NCBI GenBank assembly: GCA_965644315.1
Contig: CBFFRQ010000032.1
Coordinates: 62,001-126,000 of the forward strand
Direction: 5' to 3'
Source of the DNA: Caecitellus pseudoparvulus
Lineage: Eukaryota > Protista > Bigyra: Bicosoecida
Length of the DNA stretch: 64,000 nucleotides
The position numbers and the translations under genes are program-made. Positions 57,545-64,000 of the stretch are shown piece by piece; positions within the stretch are counted from its first letter, which is position 1, and each line of letters opens with the position of its first letter. Under the pieces are notes generated by a model that saw only the letters and a list, made by a program, of their open reading frames with translations, was not told the DNA's origin and did not search any database.

Positions 57545-60260
57545 ATGTCCGACGAGGAATGGCGAAGACAAGCGCGCAAGGAAGCGGCTTCAGCCATGCC
57601 AGACCATGCCACGCCTGCATTTCACGGTGTGACCCAGCCGCAGTGCGTAATCCCGCTTCGAAGTGCGGCGTGTGGTGCTTCTGAGCACGCCAAGCCGCCA
57701 CTCCCCTCACAGGCCCGTGGACATCAGGCAGCTGAAGGGGCACCGTCGAGGGCCTGGTGGGGTGATCAGTAATGATGTGCATGTGCTGCGTCGAGTCGGG
57801 CAGGCGGTGCATGACGTGGCATTCTTCCCTGTGGACTGGATGAGCAAAGTGAGGGTGCGATTTCCGCAGGCCACCCACCAGCGCCTCCCCCCCGCGCCTG
57901 CACGGCAGCACCCCTCTGCACTCCACACTTCGCAGGGGCAACACCAGACTGCAGTGTATACGCTATGTGCAGTCTTTTACCTGCTCTGCGGCCTGCTCCT
58001 GGCCCAGGACTTCCTGTGTGGCTTGCGTGGAGAGGAGGCGTGTGGCGTCTTGGCGTGGCACCCCTGCTTCGCCATGCCCTTGGTCCTCGTGGCCGTCTTT
58101 GGCAGTGTGCACAGCGCCCTGGTGCGACCGTGTCTCTCGGCAGACGGCGGCCTGGCTCTGCCGGCCCCTGATCAGGACGTGCTGCCTCACGGCGAGTCAC
58201 AGCAGCGCAGTGGTGCAGTGCTCGAAGAGGCGCTGCTGCGCCGCCTCAAGGCGCTGCAGCGACACCACCGCCGCATTTTCGGCGAAGCACCGTCGCCCGC
58301 CGCTCTGGCCAGCATCCCACGCCCGCCTGCCTCAGTGTGCCGCCGCCACCCCCGCGCCCACGAGGCGTGGAACGATGTTGCACTTGGCCTGGCGGCAGTG
58401 TTGCCGGCAGCTGCGCGCCTGCCGCAGGTGGCGGAGGGAAGCAGTCCCGAACACAGTCCCGCGCTGCAGCCACGTGGCGGGGCGGCGGTGCCCACACCGC
58501 CGGCACTGCCCTTGCCTGGGGCGGTGTCCCCACCGGCGCCGCACGATGGGCCCACCCCCCGCCGCCGGGCGTCACGGGGCGTGCGCAACTTCAACCGAGC
58601 CCTGCAGTCCATCACCTCCCGCAGCTGCCCGGACATTGCAGGGCTGGCAGGGCGGCAGGGAGGGGGGGCCAGCCCACGCCGGGCTGTGCGGCAGCTGTCT
58701 GACTCGGCAGGAGGCCTTGCCTCGCCCTCCTTGTGGGGCATCGGGGGGACTCCTGAGGAGGATGACGAGGATGGGGGCAGCGTGGGGCCTCTGGGGGCTG
58801 CGCTGGCATCCCTGGCTGAGTCGGAACACCGCAAGGCCGCAAGCGGAACACACTTGGCGTCGGGGTGGACCCAGCTCCCCCCTCGCACAGCATCGCCACC
58901 CGTCGTGTTGGGAGGCCCAGCGCTTGGTCTGAGTCACCCCAGTACCCTGGCGTCGTTGCGTGCTGCGGGTGTGCATGGTGCGTTTCTGGGCTTGCCCCAC
59001 ACAGTGCCGCTGGTGCTGCCGCTGCCGACACCTCGCTCGGACGGCCGGAGTGCTGCTGAAAGACCGCACGTTGCAGCCACTACAACGGATCCACCAGTGG
59101 CCACACCAGCGCAAAGTCAGTCTTCTGCACCGCGTAAAGCCGCCACACTCCCGCCTGCAGCGTGGGATCACGTGAAGGTGCGACTGGGTCCTGGGCAGGC
59201 CCCCAAGCAGCCCATGAGTCTGGGTCAACTGGCCTTCAGTGTCGTGGCGTCTGCCAGCGAGGAGGTGAGCAGGGACACCGGGAAGCACTCCCGCGGCGCG
59301 ACGCTGGTGTCTGGCGCCTGCCTCGCACTGCTGCCCCTGCTGCCGCCGCTGCTGGCCGCCACACAAACGGTGCCCACCCCAGCACACTGCCAGGCCCACA
59401 CTCTGCAGGAGTGGCTGTCCAAGCCTGGCGTGTTGCTGGGCTGCCGTGCTCGGCTGGTGGTGGTGGCGGCGGCAGCTGTGCCAACGGGCCTGGTGCAGGC
59501 ACTGGTACAGGGGCCGGATGCCGTGGGGTGGAGTCGGTGTGTGCTAGCGGGGGGGGCGCTGGTCATGACTGGCGTGTGCTGGGTGGCAGCGCTGCGCCTG
59601 CTGCGGTACATGCGCAAGCACATGGCCACACGCCTGGCAGTGGCCAGCCGCTTCAGCAGCCTGACCACGCCCTCAGCTGCACAGGCCCCAGCGACCCCCC
59701 ACTTCCGCCTGCACAAGATCAGCCACGCCAAGATGTGGCTGGCGCTGCGGGCGGTGCTGCGCTCCAGTGCTGGGCTGTGCGACGTGCAGGGCGCCGTGTG
59801 GCGCCTCATGCTCGTCAGTACTGCGCTGGTGCTGAGCGTGGCAGCCGTGATGGGGGGCGAAGGGGAGGATGCCTCCCACGCAGACCCAGTGCTGCTGTGC
59901 ATTGTGCTGGCAGCGTGTCTGGCGGGGTGGAACACCTCCCACCTCATCAGCACAGCATACCACATCACCAGCGCCTTCCGTGGAACAGGTGTTCTCATCA
60001 CGGCCCAGATGAACGTGGCCCTGCGGCAGGCTCGGGCGCCACACAAGAAGGGGGAGCTGACTGTCGTCGCGTCGTTCCTGAAGAACACAGAGGCGCTGCT
60101 GAAGGAGTTGGAACACCCGGGGCAGCTGAGTGTTCTGGGGCTGGATGCGCCCCGCTACAACATCCTGCGCCTTTGTGTTCTGTCGGCCGTCACTGCCATG
60201 GTGTCGCGTGTGTTGGGCGTGAATGTCCGCCTGTGGAAGATGTTCTCCTTAAAGGGGTAA
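57545..60260 (+). CDS. PHTF: PHTF-family multi-pass membrane protein; join(57545..57642,57713..~57848,~57936..60260)
   Basis: C-terminus PHFRLHKISHAKMWLALR..VLITAQMNV..PHKKGELTVV..LLKELE..YNILR..VLSAV..LGVNVRLWK tracks animal PHTF1/2. 70-nt GTGCGT..CACAG intron, plus a probable 81- or 87-nt in-frame second intron. Confidence 0.85.
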
Positions 60261-60280
60261 AGAGGGGGGGGGGGCGCGCA

Positions 60281-62908
60281 TCACAGCATTGCCCAGTACC
60301 GCCGCACGAACAGCAGGGCCACGGCCACCCCCAGCACGATGCTGAGGCCCCAGTACATGACGCCGTACCCCCACGGCTGCTCCAGCTCCCACATGCCCTG
60401 CTGGAAATTCATGCCCCACACCCCCGACAGCACCTGCGCTGGCAGCACCACGGTGGTGACCAGTGTCAGGGCAAACAGCACCCGGTTCATCTGGTCTCCT
60501 GACTGTTGCTGGTAGAAGGCACGCATGTCTGCGACGCTTGCGTGGATGCGCTTGATGTCGTCGTGGATGAAGGTGTGGTCGTCATACAGCTCCCGCCAGT
60601 CCATCTCCTCATCCGTGAAGAAACGAGCGCGGGGGTCCAGAAACGCCCCCGCAGCAAGAGCTTCTGCCCCCACACCACTGGTGGAGGACCGAATGCCAGG
60701 AGTGGTGGCGTTTGCGCCGCCGCCGGCGGTGCCGGCTGCATCTCCCCCTGCACCCCCGCCAACACTGCCGGTGTCGGGAAGCACTGGCGGGTCAGCACGG
60801 GCCTCGAAAATGGCGGGGTCCAGCACCAGCTTCATCTGTGCCATTTGCTGCGTGTAGTGCGCACACACCTTGCCCAGCACGTACAAGTGCTCCACATGGG
60901 CGCTGGAGGCAGCTTTGCGAATGCCCGCTTCAACCAAGTTTCGCCAGTCCAGCAGCCCGTCTCGCACGAGAAAATTCCGCTGGGCCACTGCCTCACACAC
61001 CTCCAGTGCCAGCGCCTTGGCCCCCATGCACCGGATGTCATCCAGGGCAGGGTCCCCATCCACCATGCGTGCCAGGAGAGAGTCTGCGACACTCGCAAAG
61101 GAAGCGGGGGCTGCCCGGAACGCACTGTACGGCTTCAGCGGTGTGCAGTGCGGCAGGGGCGGCGGGGCAGCTGCTGTGGGAGGTGCCTGTCCGATGTTGC
61201 GCTGGGTGTTCTGCCACGTTAACTTCGCGCCTCCGCCACCACCACTGCTGCTGCCGGCCGTGTCCGCTCTGGCGCGGCCTGCGGTTGGCGGGTGGGGGGG
61301 CGGCAACTCCCCTCCGCCGGCCTTGGCACCCTCTGGCTTCGCAGGTGGCGCAGAGGCAGCTGGCTTAGACAGGTGCACACCTGGTGTCTGCCGTGGCACG
61401 TGGTGGCTGGGCTTGAAGTCGGGTCTCTGTCCATGCAGTGTCGCCAGGATGCGGTCCGAGTGCACGAGGATGGAGGCTTGCTCAATGTCCAGGTGGGGTG
61501 TGCGGCGCTGCAGGGAGCCTTTGCCCCACAGCACAGCACCAGTGGGCAGAGCCATGTCCTCCAACATCCATGCATCCGATGCGCCGGCATTGGCTGCGGT
61601 GCGGAGGCAGGGCAAGCACTGGCGGGGTGCGCAGCCACACCACCAGCACACGCCACAGGACACGAGGGCTGCCGAGTGGCCACACGTTCGCCCACGCGAG
61701 GCGTCAGGCACACAGCACTGGCAGCACGTGGGTGCAGTGGTGGCAGTGTCAGTGCTGTTGGCTGTCTCCGTCGGGGAGCCCCACTCGCCGCCCAGCACAG
61801 TGGACATGGTGCTGGGCGCTTCGTAGCCGTGGATGGGCACGTCCGACAACTGCATCATGTGCACGAGGAGGTGACCCCGCAGCCCGTCATCCGACGGCGG
61901 TGCAAAGGGCGCCACTGGCACTGTGTCGGCGGGAGGAGGGGCGGGCAGGGGGGGCGTCGGGAGGGGGCCCTGCGGGGGCGTGCTGTGGGGTGTGGCGGGG
62001 GTGGGCACCTGCTCCTCCACCTTGAAGATGCCTTCCGTGTGTGTGGCACGGGACACTTCCACCTTGGTGGACTGGAAGACAAAGGCGTCTTGCAGCAGCT
62101 CGATGTGGATGCCCAGGAGCTCCGCCAGGGCCATGCTGAAGGCGCGGTCATGCCCCGACACGTCCAGCCACAGGTTCACGTCGGGACTGCCACTGAATCG
62201 CTCCCACCACGCCGTGAGGAATTCTCGGATGTGCCCCGTGTCCACGAGGCACACCGACACGGCGCCTTCGGACGGCACGCCTGCCGCTTCCAGTGGTGCG
62301 AAGGTGCGGTAGGTGACGGCGACGACGGCGACGCCCACTGCGTCGGTGGCTGGCGACACGCTGCGCAGCTCCGACACGATGTCGTCCAGGCGCCAGTTCA
62401 TGAAGTGGCGCACGAACTCCGGCTCAGACACGGCGCCCGTCTGGTTCTTGTCCACACGCCGCAGCAGGCGAGCCACTGCCTGCATGTCCCTGCAGCAGGG
62501 GCGGGGGGAAGTGAGGGGTGCAGCCTCGGCTGCGGCGACGGCTGGCGTTGGCGACCACACGCACTGTGCCGCATCATACCCCATGTACAGGAGCCCTGCT
62601 CTGAACTCAGCGTAGGAAATGCTCTCATCGTTGTCTGTGCAGCGCGCCATGCGGTGCGGGGTGGCGCGTGGGAAGTCGGCGTGGCTGCAACGGCAGCGAG
62701 GTGCGCCAGCAACTTCCGCACCTGTGTCCAGGTGTCGAAACAGTTGCCGCAGTTGCTGGCGAGACAGCGCGACATTGCGTCGCATGCCCTGGAAGCGCTT
62801 CAGCTTTTCCTGCTTCCTGGCGATGGCTCGAGGTGCTGCGGCTGCTCGATCGGAGGGCTGGCTGGTCTTGGCCAGGGTGGGGCCACCCTCCGCTGTGCTG
62901 GCTGCCAT
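60281..62908 (-). CDS. CorA-family (2-TM-GMN) divalent-metal transporter with N-terminal EF-hand pair; complement(join(60281..62489,62565..62634,62722..62908))
   Basis: MNRVLFALTLVTTVVLPAQVLSGVWGMNF..WEL..second TM, plus LWLDV and EQASI motifs. EF loops DTDNDESISYAEF (formed by splicing an 87-nt intron) and DKNQTGAVSEPEF. Confidence 0.9.
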   Translation of the reverse strand: MAASTAEGGPTLAKTSQPSDRAAAAPRAIARKQEKLKRFQGMRRNVALSRQQLRQLFRHLDTGAEVAGAPRCRCSHADFPRATPHRMARCTDNDESISYAEFRAGLLYMGYDAAQCVWSPTPAVAAAEAAPLTSPRPCCRDMQAVARLLRRVDKNQTGAVSEPEFVRHFMNWRLDDIVSELRSVSPATDAVGVAVVAVTYRTFAPLEAAGVPSEGAVSVCLVDTGHIREFLTAWWERFSGSPDVNLWLDVSGHDRAFSMALAELLGIHIELLQDAFVFQSTKVEVSRATHTEGIFKVEEQVPTPATPHSTPPQGPLPTPPLPAPPPADTVPVAPFAPPSDDGLRGHLLVHMMQLSDVPIHGYEAPSTMSTVLGGEWGSPTETANSTDTATTAPTCCQCCVPDASRGRTCGHSAALVSCGVCWWCGCAPRQCLPCLRTAANAGASDAWMLEDMALPTGAVLWGKGSLQRRTPHLDIEQASILVHSDRILATLHGQRPDFKPSHHVPRQTPGVHLSKPAASAPPAKPEGAKAGGGELPPPHPPTAGRARADTAGSSSGGGGGAKLTWQNTQRNIGQAPPTAAAPPPLPHCTPLKPYSAFRAAPASFASVADSLLARMVDGDPALDDIRCMGAKALALEVCEAVAQRNFLVRDGLLDWRNLVEAGIRKAASSAHVEHLYVLGKVCAHYTQQMAQMKLVLDPAIFEARADPPVLPDTGSVGGGAGGDAAGTAGGGANATTPGIRSSTSGVGAEALAAGAFLDPRARFFTDEEMDWRELYDDHTFIHDDIKRIHASVADMRAFYQQQSGDQMNRVLFALTLVTTVVLPAQVLSGVWGMNFQQGMWELEQPWGYGVMYWGLSIVLGVAVALLFVRRYWAML

Positions 62909-63103
62909 GGCGGCACAGGCGGGTGGAGAAATGCAAACCCAACGCAGGTGGTGGCAAGGCACCTGACTGACTGTGTGCAAGACGGGAGCTGCAATTTTGT
63001 GGACCTCGTGAGGGTGCCAAGGGGGGGGGGGGAGTGGCCGCACACGCCACCCCCACCTCCTTCCACTTCACCATCGCACGTTGCGCAACACAGCAGCATG
63101 CAT

Positions 63104-64000
63104 TCACTCAGAGTCAGCCTTGGCGGGGGCCGGGGTGTCCTCCTCGCTGGCCTCTGGCAACTCAATGCCGTGTTCGAAGTCAGGCTTCCACCCCGTGGCA
63201 ATCATGGCTTGCTCGAACAGCCACGGCATCCAGCCGTTGAGCACAGCGATGCCGCGCAGAGACAGGGGGTACGTGTACCGCTCTGCGCCAGACTCCAGCG
63301 CGTACAGCACGCCCCGCGCAGCGTCTGCAGTGGACATGGGCGCCACCAGCGCACTGTACAGCCACGGCTGTCGCTCCCAGGAGCCGGGGTTGTTGGAGAA
63401 GTACGTGCTGTCTACGGTGCCCAGCACCACCTCCTGCACTCGGACGGGCGTGCTGGCGACGTCTGCGCGCAGGGCGTGTGTGAGGCCAGCCAGCGCCCAC
63501 CTCATGGCAATGTAGGCAGTCGCGCCGGGGATGGCGCACAGGCTGGCGGGGGACTGTACGTTCAGGATCCAGCCACGCTTGCGCTGCAGCATGGCTGGCA
63601 GCACGGCTCGGCTGCACAGCATAGCGGCCAAGGTGGGTGCCTCTGCTGCGCTGAGGATGGCGGCGTCGGTGCTCTCCCACAGGGCCTGGAAGCGCCCAGC
63701 GCCGGCGCAGTTGATGAGGACGGACACGGCGCCCACCTCCTTCTCGATGAGTCCGAAGACGTGCGGTACTTGGCGTGTGTTGGCGCAGTCACACACGTAG
63801 CCTGACGCGCGGCTGCCAATGGCTGCCACTGCCGCCTCCACCTTGCCTGCAGTGCGGGCGATGATGACGACGTGGGCGCCCTGTGCCGCGAGCAACTTGG
63901 CTGTCGCCAGCCCGATGCCCTGTGACCCGCCCGTGATGACGACGATGGTGCCGTCCGTCAGGACAGGTGCCGTGCTGCGCTCGTACAACTTCCAGGCGCC
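63104..64000 (-). CDS. Short-chain dehydrogenase/reductase (5' end beyond window)
   Basis: VITGGSQGIG, LINCAG and NVQS motifs; the catalytic motif reads YIAMR. The frame stays open to the window edge. Confidence 0.9.
   Translation of the reverse strand, partial: GAWKLYERSTAPVLTDGTIVVITGGSQGIGLATAKLLAAQGAHVVIIARTAGKVEAAVAAIGSRASGYVCDCANTRQVPHVFGLIEKEVGAVSVLINCAGAGRFQALWESTDAAILSAAEAPTLAAMLCSRAVLPAMLQRKRGWILNVQSPASLCAIPGATAYIAMRWALAGLTHALRADVASTPVRVQEVVLGTVDSTYFSNNPGSWERQPWLYSALVAPMSTADAARGVLYALESGAERYTYPLSLRGIAVLNGWMPWLFEQAMIATGWKPDFEHGIELPEASEEDTPAPAKADSE

Noticed and set aside
61292-63805. 837-aa + strand ORF (also 32616..33503, 36315..37247, 37501..38709, 52273..53589, 54681..55973)
   Set aside because: Each is antisense to an assigned gene in high-GC sequence where stops are rare, and none shows a recognisable motif.
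1-64000. Prokaryotic/viral origin, rRNA, tRNA, integrated virophage or transposon
   Set aside because: Spliceosomal introns and eukaryotic housekeeping genes occur throughout. No low-GC island, integrase, transposase, capsid gene or structured-RNA signature was recognised by eye.

Overview
This is a gene-dense, GC-rich eukaryotic nuclear region. It has short (~62-90 nt, a few 130-150 nt) spliceosomal introns with GTGCGT/GTGAGT/GTACGT donors and (G/A)CAG acceptors, and very small intergenic gaps. A flagellated protist, possibly a bicosoecid-like stramenopile, is my inference only. I reconstructed 19 protein-coding genes by hand; the first and last run off the window edges. The first 20.9 kb is one apparently intronless giant membrane-protein gene (>=6,900 aa): PMP-like beta-helix, ~30 two-Cys Ig-like modules, Cys-rich segment, ~9-TM block and disordered tail. 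Twenty of its modules form a near-perfect 411-bp tandem array with three +1 insertions at the same site of the unit. The remaining genes, in order, are a TM-ankyrin protein, an HMG-box protein, a four-domain EEEE Ca2+ channel, a coilin-like protein, RPL7, an ERp29/PDI-D-like protein, ARP2, STX16, POLR3E/RPC5, an IFT54-type CH + ankyrin + F-box-like fusion, a Reeler-LamG-mucin receptor (GC-AG intron, novel 26-aa tail repeat), an EFCAB10-like protein, a Reeler-EGF-DOMON-cytochrome b561 protein, MRPL3, BOLA3, an unknown protein, a PHTF homolog, an EF-hand-CorA fusion and an SDR with YxxxR. No rRNA, tRNA, CRISPR array or transposon was recognised. All homology calls come from remembered motifs, not from searches.
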